Below are positions 40,512-49,937 of a stretch of 64,000 nt of DNA, piece by piece. This stretch comes from an uncultured Bacillales bacterium (GTDB lineage: Bacteria; Bacillota_I; Bacilli_A; RF39; UBA660), in NCBI GenBank assembly GCA_948433085.1, contig CAOJDP010000001.1, forward strand, positions 15,642 through 79,641. The letters are read 5' to 3'. The notes under the pieces were generated by a model. The model saw nothing but the letters and a program-made list of their open reading frames with translations. It was not told where the DNA came from and searched no databases. Position 1 is the stretch's first letter, and each line of letters begins with the position of its first letter. A program made the translations under genes and the position numbers.

Positions 40512-42725
40512 TTATTTCAACTTCATACGTTTTAATCTTAAAGAATTCATCACGACTGTAAAACTACTGAACATCATTGCAATACTTGCAAACATTGGAT
40601 TCATGGTAACACCAATAAACCGAAATAACCCCATAGCAATCGGTATCATCAATAAGTTATAAAAAAAAGCCCAAAATAAATTTTGTTGAATATTATGGAT
40701 AGTATTTTTACTGATGGTGATCAAATTCAAAATACCATATAAATCATTATGCGTTAGAATCACTCCTGCTGAATTAGAAGCTATATCACTTGCACCTTGA
40801 AAACTGATCCCAATATCTGCAAGTACTAAAGCAGGACTATCATTAATTCCATCTCCACACATCATAACTGTTTTATGCTCTGCTTTTAATGTTTGAACAA
40901 TAGATGCTTTGTCTTTTGGCAAAACATCCGCAATTACATCTGTAATCCCAATTTGATTGGCAATTTTTAAAGCTGTATTTTTATGATCCCCTGTCAACAT
41001 CATAACTTCAATTTTTCTTCTTTTTAATTCTGCTATAAATTCTTTCGTATTTTTTCTTACAATATCATTGATTCCAATCAAACCAACAATGGTTTGATTC
41101 TCTACTACATAAACAATACTATTTCCCTTTTGAACAAGTTGTTCTTCCTCTTTTTGATAGGGATTTGCAATTGCAAATTGTTTTAATAATTTAGCATTTC
41201 CAACAAGGATTTGACAACTTCCTCTGTTACCAACCATCCCATATCCACTCATTTCTTGTACCACTTCTATAGAATAGGGCTTTAACTGGTGTTCTTGCAT
41301 ATATGTAATAAATGCCTTTCCAAGAGGATGAGAAGATTTTACTTCTAAACTACCTGCAAGTCGAATTACCTCACTCTCTTCTCTTCCATATAACAATATA
41401 CTTTCTATTTTAGGGATTCCATAAGTAATCGTTCCTGTTTTATCAAGAACAATGGTATCTACTTTACAAGCATTTTCTAAAATTTCACTTTTTTTGACTA
41501 AAATACCATTCTTAGCACAAATACCTTCCGCTACCACAATCGCAAGGGGTGTAGCAAGTCCTAAACTACAGGGACAAGCAACCACTAAAATGGTAACAAA
41601 ACATATGAGCACATCTGGAAAAGATTCTCCAATCCACAAGTAAGCTATTGCAGTGAAAAAAGCAATCATCAAAACACTCGGTACAAAATAGCTACTTACT
41701 TTATCTGCCAAGGAAGCAATAGGCGCTTTGGTACTAGTTGCTTCTACAACTAATTTTACAATCTCAGAAATAGTAGACTCCGCCCCAATTCGTTCTGCTC
41801 GATATTCTAAATAACCATCATCGTTAATGCTTCCTGCTAACACTTGATTCCCCTCTATTTTTTTTACTGGTTTACTTTCGCCTGTTATAAATGCTTCATC
41901 TATATGTGCAGCTCCTCTAGTAATAATTCCATCTACAGCAATTTTCTCACCCCTACGAACACATAGAATATCTCCTTTTTGAATAGAATCTATTGTTACA
42001 TTCGTCTCTTTTCCATTTTTTAAAACAGTAGCGTATTTAGGTGTCATCTGTACCAAATTCTGAATCGCCTCTTTGGTTTTGTTTTTACTTTTTGAATCAA
42101 TATACCTACCTAATTTTATAAAATAGATAATCATTCCCACAGATTCAAAGTATAATTGTTCAACATAGGTTACATTTCCTTTTAAAATTTGGGACATACT
42201 ATATAAACTATAAAAGAAACTGCTCATGATTCCAATTGTAACTAAAGTATCCATATTGGGTGCTTTATAAATTAAATTATGATATCCACTTTTTAGGATG
42301 TCTTTTCCATAATAGAGAAAAAGAATAGACATTAAAAATAATACAATCGTATAGGTCTTTAAAGATTGTTGAACATCCAATATTGCAATATTGGGTAAAC
42401 CCATCCTATGGCTCATAGAAATATAAAAAAATACAATTATCAAAATGGTATAAACAATCCATTTTTGTTTTTCTGATTTTAAATTATCGTTTTCATTCTG
42501 TTCTTGCCATACCCCTAAACTTTTAAATCCAGCTGTTTCAATATATTGTTCAATTTCTTCTATGGTAACATGCCCATCATATTCTACAAGTACATTTTCC
42601 ATCACTAAATTTACACTTGCTTGAATTCCTTTTTGTTTGTTTAAATATTTTTCCAAGCCATTTGAACAAGCACTACAAGTCATACCTCCTACTTTTAGAA
42701 TAATTTTTTGCATATCATTCCCCAA
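40512..42725 (-). CDS. copA: Copper-translocating P1B-ATPase CopA
   Basis: N-terminal HMA domain GMTCSACS, CPC motif ACPCSLGLATP, DKTGTIT and GDGINDSPAL. Confidence 0.9.
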   Translation of the reverse strand: MGNDMQKIILKVGGMTCSACSNGLEKYLNKQKGIQASVNLVMENVLVEYDGHVTIEEIEQYIETAGFKSLGVWQEQNENDNLKSEKQKWIVYTILIIVFFYISMSHRMGLPNIAILDVQQSLKTYTIVLFLMSILFLYYGKDILKSGYHNLIYKAPNMDTLVTIGIMSSFFYSLYSMSQILKGNVTYVEQLYFESVGMIIYFIKLGRYIDSKSKNKTKEAIQNLVQMTPKYATVLKNGKETNVTIDSIQKGDILCVRRGEKIAVDGIITRGAAHIDEAFITGESKPVKKIEGNQVLAGSINDDGYLEYRAERIGAESTISEIVKLVVEATSTKAPIASLADKVSSYFVPSVLMIAFFTAIAYLWIGESFPDVLICFVTILVVACPCSLGLATPLAIVVAEGICAKNGILVKKSEILENACKVDTIVLDKTGTITYGIPKIESILLYGREESEVIRLAGSLEVKSSHPLGKAFITYMQEHQLKPYSIEVVQEMSGYGMVGNRGSCQILVGNAKLLKQFAIANPYQKEEEQLVQKGNSIVYVVENQTIVGLIGINDIVRKNTKEFIAELKRRKIEVMMLTGDHKNTALKIANQIGITDVIADVLPKDKASIVQTLKAEHKTVMMCGDGINDSPALVLADIGISFQGASDIASNSAGVILTHNDLYGILNLITISKNTIHNIQQNLFWAFFYNLLMIPIAMGLFRFIGVTMNPMFASIAMMFSSFTVVMNSLRLKRMKLK

Positions 42726-42927
42726 CTATTTGAAATCCTAAATTTTCAATTTTTTCTTGAATTGTTGAAAGAAGCGCTTCCTCTGTTATAACTGTAACAA
42801 TTCCCGTATTATAATCTGCTTTTACCAATTCTATTGGATGCAATTGACGAATTGCATTTTGAATTCTATTTTCACATCCTGTGCATTCCATTCCCTTTAC
42901 TTGTATTTTAAATTCTTTCATATGCAT
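42715..42927 (-). CDS. copZ: Copper chaperone CopZ
   Basis: 70 aa with the HMA motif GMECTGCENRI. Confidence 0.85.
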   Translation of the reverse strand: MHMKEFKIQVKGMECTGCENRIQNAIRQLHPIELVKADYNTGIVTVITEEALLSTIQEKIENLGFQIVGE

Positions 42928-43033
42928 CTTTCCTTTCGCTTTTATTATACTCTCTTTTGGAAATATTTTTTACTTAATAATCAATAACACAATATTTCCA
43001 AATCATTTAGACTATTATCACTTGAAAAAATAA

Positions 43034-43777
43034 TCAATTCATAGCTGCTCCATCTACAGAAAGGACTACACCTGTAATATAACTTGCTAAATCACTTGCT
43101 AAAAATAGAAAAGCATTTGCAATATCCTTTGGCTCTCCAATGCGACCTAGTGGAATTGTTTGAATGAGTGGTTTGATTATATTTTCAGGCACATCAGCTA
43201 TCATATCCGTTTTGGTAATTCCTGGAGCAACTGCATTCACTCTGATTTGAAATGGAGCAAGCTCTCTTGCCAATGATTTGGTAAGTCCATTGACAGCAAA
43301 TTTGCTAGTAGGATATCCTACTCCAGAGGGTTGTCCATAAATACTAACCATTGAACTTGTATTTAAAATAACACCGCTTCTATTCTCTTTCATATAGGGT
43401 ACAACTACCTTAGACAAATTGAATATTGCATTTACATTTAATTCCATAATATGATTGAACTCCTCTAAAGAAGTATCTTCTATTTTTTTATTTGCAGAAA
43501 TTCCTGCATTATTCACTAAAATATCAATATGACCATATTCTTTTATGATTTGTGATACAACAGTTTGAATCTCTTCTATATTCTTTAAATTAGGAAAATA
43601 ACCTTTTACATGAATATTTTCTTGTTCTAATGTTTCCAATGCTTTTTCTACAGTTTCCTTTTTAGAACCAAACAGAATCACTTTGGCTTTATTTGCATAA
43701 AAAACACGAACAGTTTCTAACCCAATTCCTCTTGTACCTCCTGTAATAATTGCTACTCGATTTTCTAGCATTCTCAT
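43034..43777 (-). CDS. SDR-family oxidoreductase (FabG-like)
   Basis: Motifs TGGTRGIG, NNAG and the catalytic YPTSK (YxxxK). The start was moved to MRMLENR (43777), with an AGAGAGG RBS; the 58-aa hydrophobic N-terminal extension in the track ORF is unlikely to be real. Confidence 0.75.
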   Translation of the reverse strand: MRMLENRVAIITGGTRGIGLETVRVFYANKAKVILFGSKKETVEKALETLEQENIHVKGYFPNLKNIEEIQTVVSQIIKEYGHIDILVNNAGISANKKIEDTSLEEFNHIMELNVNAIFNLSKVVVPYMKENRSGVILNTSSMVSIYGQPSGVGYPTSKFAVNGLTKSLARELAPFQIRVNAVAPGITKTDMIADVPENIIKPLIQTIPLGRIGEPKDIANAFLFLASDLASYITGVVLSVDGAAMN

Positions 43778-44118
43778 CTTCCTCTCTATTTTCAATGCAT
43801 AGTACTTTCTGCCATTCACCTTTTTTGGATAAAAAATAAATACAATACCATTATAACGAAAATACAAAATAAATTCTATAATAAAAATTAGTGTTTCAAC
43901 AACAAAAAAATACACAAAAATTCGATTCGTCAATTTCATACAAGTTTTCAATTGTAAATAAGTCTTTAAATAATAAGCACTTTCTTAAATGATGTGATAT
44001 AGTAAACTTGAATTAAGATTACAAAATTATATCACAAATAGTTTTAAAATTTATTTTTCATTTATACAATTTTTCTATTTTAAAAAGTATAGATAAATAC
44101 AAATAATCAAGCAAATAT

Positions 44119-44943
44119 TTACTTTATCAGGTTATAGATTGGATTATTTGTTATAGATGCCAATTTATGTTTTATAACTATTTTTACGCTACCAAACTGA
44201 CCAGTATCAATAATCGCTGTTATTCCATTATCTTCGTACCCCAAAATGGTATAAGAAAGTCCTTTAAAATGAGAAGGTTTTAACATACCCTTCGCATTCT
44301 TTACAACTGGCTGTACTCCTAAATCATAGATTCTCCATGTATCTGCATATTCACTTAAATTCAGATACATTTTATTTTCTTCTAATGAAATATCATTCAC
44401 ATCATCTAAATATTTCCAATCGGCAATTCCTAATAATATGTTAGTATCATTCATGAAAAATACATTTTCTAGTGGAATTTGATTTGGTATACAATATACT
44501 CCATATTGATTTTTTACCCAAGTATCCTGTTTTCCTCTACCTACCTCAATATGGGAGTGTACTCCTGTTGCATTTCCTGCATTCCCCATATTTCCAATTT
44601 GAACACCTTGTTTAATCGTTTGCCCAATATAACAGTTAATAGTATTATCATGACCACACAAGAAAGTAACATAATCAATTGTACCATCTGCAAATCTCAC
44701 TTTTTCTATTGATTGCCACCATACAAATGAATAAGTTCTATTTATATTCACACATCTTACATCGACTGGTGCATAATATGGATAACGGATTCCTGCTCTT
44801 AGTCCTCTAATATCATTGGCCTCGCTCCCTCTATGGGAATAGGAATCATTTGCTCCCTGTGTACAATACCAATCCGTAAAAGGACATAGTACATCTTGAA
44901 TTCCATTTCTTTTACTGGTATCACCCTTTTTCATGCGTCTCAC
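44119..44943 (-). CDS. Phage-type endolysin with an N-terminal M23 peptidase domain and a C-terminal wall-binding region
   Basis: M23 signature GNMGNAGNATGVHSHIEV. There is no signal peptide. It lies immediately downstream of, and overlapping, a holin gene. Confidence 0.7.
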   Translation of the reverse strand: MRRMKKGDTSKRNGIQDVLCPFTDWYCTQGANDSYSHRGSEANDIRGLRAGIRYPYYAPVDVRCVNINRTYSFVWWQSIEKVRFADGTIDYVTFLCGHDNTINCYIGQTIKQGVQIGNMGNAGNATGVHSHIEVGRGKQDTWVKNQYGVYCIPNQIPLENVFFMNDTNILLGIADWKYLDDVNDISLEENKMYLNLSEYADTWRIYDLGVQPVVKNAKGMLKPSHFKGLSYTILGYEDNGITAIIDTGQFGSVKIVIKHKLASITNNPIYNLIK

Positions 44944-45286
44944 CTGTATTCATTTTTTCAAAATATTTTTTGAATGGCAAATGAATTCCTACTTCACCTA
45001 AATTTTCATAGATAGAAATACCTTCAGTTGCAATGCAAACAATTGCACTACCAATTAAAAATAGATGTATTTGCATAAAATAGTCAATTACAAAGCCTAA
45101 TAATAAAGCGATAATCCATGCGATCTTTTTGATATGTCCATCTCTTGAAATAGATGAATTTATTGTTCTATGTTTAAAGGCCTTTAGATAGCCTGTAATC
45201 ACATCTGTAAAAATGAAGATTCCACATAATAGAAATAACGTTTTTGGTTCACTCACATTCATTAATTTTTCGATAAATTCTTCCAT
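44921..45286 (-). CDS. Phage holin of the phage_holin_4_1 (LL-H/TcdE-like) family
   Basis: 121 aa with three TM segments. The hallmark FTDVITGYLKA...SS.S..G.IKKIAWII pattern is present. Confidence 0.8.
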   Translation of the reverse strand: MEEFIEKLMNVSEPKTLFLLCGIFIFTDVITGYLKAFKHRTINSSISRDGHIKKIAWIIALLLGFVIDYFMQIHLFLIGSAIVCIATEGISIYENLGEVGIHLPFKKYFEKMNTGETHEKG

Positions 45287-45760
45287 TTCATTTCCTCTTT
45301 TCTATGTAAAAGATAGGGATTTGCAAATTCATTTTCTTCTACAACAAAAACATATCACTTTTTTCACTGGACTTTCACTAGACATAAGGCAATTTTATAA
45401 AAAAAATTTAGATTTTGCTCTAAATTTTTTCTTGGAAATTTAATATTTTCATTATTTATTCATAATAATAATCTTTGTAAATATTTAATTTTTTACCATT
45501 GATTTTTATTGTCTTTTCATCCAACCATTCCATCTCGGCATCATAATCATGGTATCTATAATAAATATTGTATTTTTTATTATTAGAATTATTTATAACT
45601 TCTACACGTAAACTCCAGTCTACTTATTGATTAATTTTGGGAATGGTAAATAATTGCACCCATACGAATGTAATAAGTATCATGTGGATCATCACAGAAT
45701 GTAGCAAAAAAACAATTTAAATAATATGCCTGCCATATCTCATCAAAGTTTATTATTAAA

Positions 45761-45961
45761 TTATTTTATTTTGAAATTTTTTAACTTTTCATTATTGATT
45801 GTAATCGTAATGTAGTCTCCTATTGCATGTGGCACTTCAAAACTTAAACCAACGTTTTTATCTTTTAAGTAGCTCATGATATTAGATTTTAAATCTGCAT
45901 TTTTTAACAATTCTTTCAAATCATTATCATTATAACTATCTAGGATAATTGATTTTTCCAA
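45761..45961 (-). CDS. Small hypothetical protein
   Basis: 66 aa, immediately downstream of the lipoprotein gene. No family. Confidence 0.3.
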   Translation of the reverse strand: MEKSIILDSYNDNDLKELLKNADLKSNIMSYLKDKNVGLSFEVPHAIGDYITITINNEKLKNFKIK

Positions 45962-45967
45962 ATTTAC

Positions 45968-46426
45968 TTATTTTTTAAATTCTTCTTTAAATAATTCTAC
46001 AAAATCATCATCAATATTATATAAGTTATTTAAATATACTTTTTTATTTTGCGAAATATTTATATTAATTGTCTTAAAAATATTAGTTGGATGTGCAGCT
46101 GTTTCAACGTTTCCCGTTCCTGTATATACAATACTTATCATATCTTTTCCTTGATAGGAAATCTCATAATTAATGTTCAATGTCAATCCTTCATATATGT
46201 TATCATAATAATCTTGCACAAAAGATATAATGTCATTTTCTATAATCTTATTAATTAAATCAAACTTCCCATCAATAAATCTAGGATATTTAACATACAT
46301 CTTGGAAGTAGGTGTATAACTTTCTGATGTATAATCATAGGATGCATTATCCTCTAATACAAAATTTACATTGTTACTACACCCTATAGTAAATAAACAT
46401 AATGCAAATATAATAATTTTTTTCAT
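45968..46426 (-). CDS. Lipoprotein with a DUF3298/RsiV-C-like domain; candidate immunity protein for the adjacent GH19-like toxin
   Basis: Signal peptide plus lipobox FTIGCS. AAHPTNIFKTININISQNKKVYLNNLY resembles DUF3298. It sits directly 3' of the Rhs tip remnant. Confidence 0.5.
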   Translation of the reverse strand: MKKIIIFALCLFTIGCSNNVNFVLEDNASYDYTSESYTPTSKMYVKYPRFIDGKFDLINKIIENDIISFVQDYYDNIYEGLTLNINYEISYQGKDMISIVYTGTGNVETAAHPTNIFKTININISQNKKVYLNNLYNIDDDFVELFKEEFKK

Positions 46427-46469
46427 TCTATCTCCCCATCTATTTAAATACCGAATATATTTTATTATA

Positions 46470-47422
46470 ATACTCTTGTCTTTTCTCCCATGTACTTAAC
46501 TAATCTTGTTATATCCTTTACTGTAGCCCCATTAGATATTCTATCATTCATTTTTTATTAGTCCAAAACCAACCAGCTACATCTCAAGCATAATTTGCTG
46601 CTACATAATCTACACCTTGATTATAAATTTCTGGATCACCCATTGCCTTTGAAAAACTTTCATAATTATAGCTCCATGTCAATTGTATATATCCTGCTCC
46701 TCTATACTTATACCCATAAGCTTTTGTAGAAAAATTTGTTTGCTACCAATTTCAGTTAGCCACATACCAAAATTAGTTTCATAAGCACACTGAGCTAAAA
46801 AATGACTTTTCTGTTTGGGAGTTTCAATATTATTTTGATGTAAGGTTATATTAAGTTGCTTAGCATTACTATAAATAGTATCCATAAAGCCAACTGTCTC
46901 TAAATTATTTTTTAAATCTACCACTTCAACAAATTCTTGCGTTATTTTTTTTTGTGGTATCAAAGAAGCTAGTAGCCAAATTTACAAAAGGATTTTGTCC
47001 GTCCAAATCACTGAACATAATCATATTGTTATTTGCATACATATATAAATTATATCTACATGTTTCTATATTATTTCCAAATAATCCATCTGCATTTAAA
47101 AATCTACCCCAAGCAGGATTATAATACCTACTATTTAGATAATAAAGATTTGTTTCTGAATCATAATAGTAACTTCTATATCTGTAGGGATTGATGCTTG
47201 CTATATGACTATTCCATTACCATCTGTGATAGATATGATATTACCCCATGCATCATAAGTATACCTTGTTACTACATTATCATTACTATCTAATATTCCT
47301 ATAATATCATTTTGAGCATTTTTTATATAATAATAGATTTCATTATTATATTGTAATCCAATTAAACCATCTGTCTCATTACGTAAATAGTATATCAAAT
47401 TATTGCCTGTTCTTTCAAACAT
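46470..47422 (-). pseudogene. Frameshifted orphan Rhs/YD-repeat toxin tip comprising a YD repeat, the Rhs core terminus and a GH19 chitinase/lysozyme-like C-terminal domain
   Basis: My minus-strand translations give RYTYDAWGNIISITDGNG, then after a frameshift YYYDSETNLYYLNSRYYNPAWGRFLNADG...NLYMYANNNMIMFSDLDGQNPF (Rhs core end). Further frameshifts give SHFLAQCAYETNFG, KAYGYKYRGAGYIQLTWSYNY and DVAGWFW (GH19 motifs). The ORF-track pieces 47201..47422 and 46679..46963 (the latter starting on TTG) are fragments of this. Confidence 0.7.
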
Positions 47423-47451
47423 AAAAAGAACTTAGATTTTTCTCTAAATTC

Positions 47452-47703
47452 TTAGTATTCTTCATAGATTAATTGTTCCTTTGGAGTAGGAACAAACTTA
47501 TCATCTACAAATTTTATTCCTATTGATTTTAAATATTCATATTCTTCTTCATTTTCACAAAATATATCACATATTTCTTCATGCGCTACTGAATATAACC
47601 AACAGTAACCATTCTTATAAAAACATAAATCTTCTAATGATGTTAGAAAACACCAATCATAAATTGATTTTTTATTTAATAATTCCTTATTTTCCTCTTG
47701 CAT
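47452..47703 (-). CDS. Small acidic hypothetical protein; possible orphan immunity protein
   Basis: 83 aa, Cys- and Glu-rich, lying immediately 5' of the orphan Rhs module as immunity genes usually do. No family recognised. Confidence 0.35.
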   Translation of the reverse strand: MQEENKELLNKKSIYDWCFLTSLEDLCFYKNGYCWLYSVAHEEICDIFCENEEEYEYLKSIGIKFVDDKFVPTPKEQLIYEEY

Positions 47704-48066
47704 GTCGATTCAGATTCCCTTTCCATTTTTATATAGATTTAATAGAAAGGATAATTATCCATAAAACGAAAAAGAACAGTTACTGATTGATAACTGCCTA
47801 ATACATAAAAACAATAACATTTCATTTAGAATATAAATTAATTCATTCATAAATATATGTAAAATAATTATTCCGTAATACGAAATCCAAAATTTAATTG
47901 AATATCATAATATTTATCATTTCACGCTTATATGGAATCACTTTATCACTAGTAATAAAATACCTAAAAAGCTTACAATTTTTCTAAAACACATTCTATT
48001 TTGGTCAAAAAAATGGTTATTTTCCTTTTATCTTAAGGAACTTTAACCATTTTTTTTACAACGCTG

Positions 48067-48771
48067 TTATACTGACTTTTTCTTTCCCTTTGTCGATTCT
48101 TTTGAACTTCCTTGTATTTTTTTAAAATCTTTTAATTCTTTCTGTACTTCTTCTAAAGTTAGCATTGTTTGTTTTTGTTTTGTATTCATAAATATTAAAA
48201 TGATAGTAGTTGATGTGATAAAAAATACTAAATTCCATAGAATAATTACGACAGAACTATCCATCTTATTCTTTGATTTTTCTAATTCCTTCATTACATC
48301 ATAACTATTTTTACTTTCATATTGATCCATGATTGCTGCTTTGATTTGGTCATTGTAGGAATCAGAATATCCTGGAAAAACACGATCTCCAATTATAATA
48401 AATGGAACGCCTCCTGCATCTGCACCTAAAAATGTTGCGACCTCTTCTAACAATGTTGCATTTTCTTGACTTTGCCAAGTTTCAAAAGAAACCACTTTAA
48501 AATACTGTCCATATTCTCCTACAATACTATTTAAAAATGTTAAAAAGTTTTTACAAAAACTGCAACCATGTCCTCTAAATAAATAGATAACAGCTTGATC
48601 ATCTGTTTCTTTGTAATTAGATAAATCATGTTCAATTCCTTCTTGTGCCAACGCTTCTTCAAAATTCAATGTTTCATAAGATTTTCCTGCTACTTTAATT
48701 ACAGAACTCGCAAACATTTGATTTGGAATTAATATTAGACCAATTACTAATATACTTAAAAATTTCTTCAT
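48067..48771 (-). CDS. Thioredoxin-fold thiol-disulfide oxidoreductase (DsbA/Bdb-like) with a signal peptide and C-terminal TM segment
   Basis: CxxC motif GHGCSFCKNF. The start was set at ATG 48771 (MKKFLSILVIG), with a GGAGG RBS. Confidence 0.65.
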   Translation of the reverse strand: MKKFLSILVIGLILIPNQMFASSVIKVAGKSYETLNFEEALAQEGIEHDLSNYKETDDQAVIYLFRGHGCSFCKNFLTFLNSIVGEYGQYFKVVSFETWQSQENATLLEEVATFLGADAGGVPFIIIGDRVFPGYSDSYNDQIKAAIMDQYESKNSYDVMKELEKSKNKMDSSVVIILWNLVFFITSTTIILIFMNTKQKQTMLTLEEVQKELKDFKKIQGSSKESTKGKKKSV

Positions 48772-48961
48772 ACTATACCTCCTTACCCATTGTAGCATTT
48801 CTCTTATTATTTTACAATATTTGCAAATCAAATTTTGTGAAATATATGTGATAATTGTATTTTGAATTCCAATAACCTAAAATCTAATAAGATACAATTT
48901 TAAGCTATCCTTTATATTTTATAATTCACTTTCTAAAACATTATAACGAAAAAAAAAGCAA

Positions 48962-49714
48962 CTATGCTTCTTCAATTACAATACTATTTAAAATATCTTG
49001 TATAGTTGCATCATCAAAGTAATCTAAACCAAAAAATGTAAGTATATAACATTTATCTTGCTCTAAAATACTAACCTGTTTCACTTTATCTTGCATATTT
49101 AAAATATAACCTATTTTATCTCCCTCAATTTTTGTTAAGGAATCAATACTAGGAATAGCACTAGACAAAATGTTTCGTATAATATAATTTTCTTTCATTT
49201 GTTTCACACTTGTAAATAAATGATCTTTTTTTATTTTTTGTTGACTTAAATATTCAAATAATTCAATATCATTCGTAATTTTATGTTTTTTAAAAAAAGC
49301 AATCATATCTTTATTGGTAATACCAACAGGAAAATCTTCCATAACTTCATCCGTTTGAAATCTTTCTACATTAGATTCTGAAACACCTATCCAAAAAGAA
49401 GCAATCATTTTACGATCATCATCGTACAATACGTACTTACTAAAATTCTCCATATCGTTTAAGTCATCAGGTCTCTCAAATTTTTGTACAACATTTTTTA
49501 CATTAAAATTTTGAAATTTTAAATACTCAGTTGTAGGCTGAGTCTTTATATGAATTGTATCTTTAAATACTAGATTCTGATACAATTCTTCAACGGAATC
49601 TATTTCATACCCGCCTGAATTATAAATAAACCAATTATATCCTTTATAACCAAAATAACCGCCAACGAAAAGGACAACCGCTATCATTCCCCCTATTATT
49701 GTTTTCATTCTCAT
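48962..49714 (-). CDS. Hypothetical membrane-anchored protein
   Basis: The start was set at ATG 49714 (MRMKTIIGGMIAVVLFVGG), with a GAGGAG RBS. A single N-terminal TM segment is followed by an extracytoplasmic domain. Confidence 0.5.
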   Translation of the reverse strand: MRMKTIIGGMIAVVLFVGGYFGYKGYNWFIYNSGGYEIDSVEELYQNLVFKDTIHIKTQPTTEYLKFQNFNVKNVVQKFERPDDLNDMENFSKYVLYDDDRKMIASFWIGVSESNVERFQTDEVMEDFPVGITNKDMIAFFKKHKITNDIELFEYLSQQKIKKDHLFTSVKQMKENYIIRNILSSAIPSIDSLTKIEGDKIGYILNMQDKVKQVSILEQDKCYILTFFGLDYFDDATIQDILNSIVIEEA

Positions 49715-49937
49715 ACACTCACTCCTCAAAAATAGAATACATGAAATCACAATAAAAGTAAATACAATTTTGTCCCCGATGTAAAACGAATGACTATATA
49801 AAATTGACGTTCCAACTATCAATTTCAATGTATATAATAGGACTTTAAAAAAGGGTAGCTCAATATGAAATTGATAGAATTTATAAAAAAAAATAGTACA
49901 ATGATAGAAATTGATTCCTCTTTCACATAATATCGTT

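Noticed and set aside
46679-46963. ORF-track entry MIPQKK… as an independent gene
   Set aside because: It begins at TTG rather than ATG and has no RBS. It is the mid-section of the frameshifted GH19 toxin domain and rejoins the Rhs core frame when one A is removed from the A9 tract.
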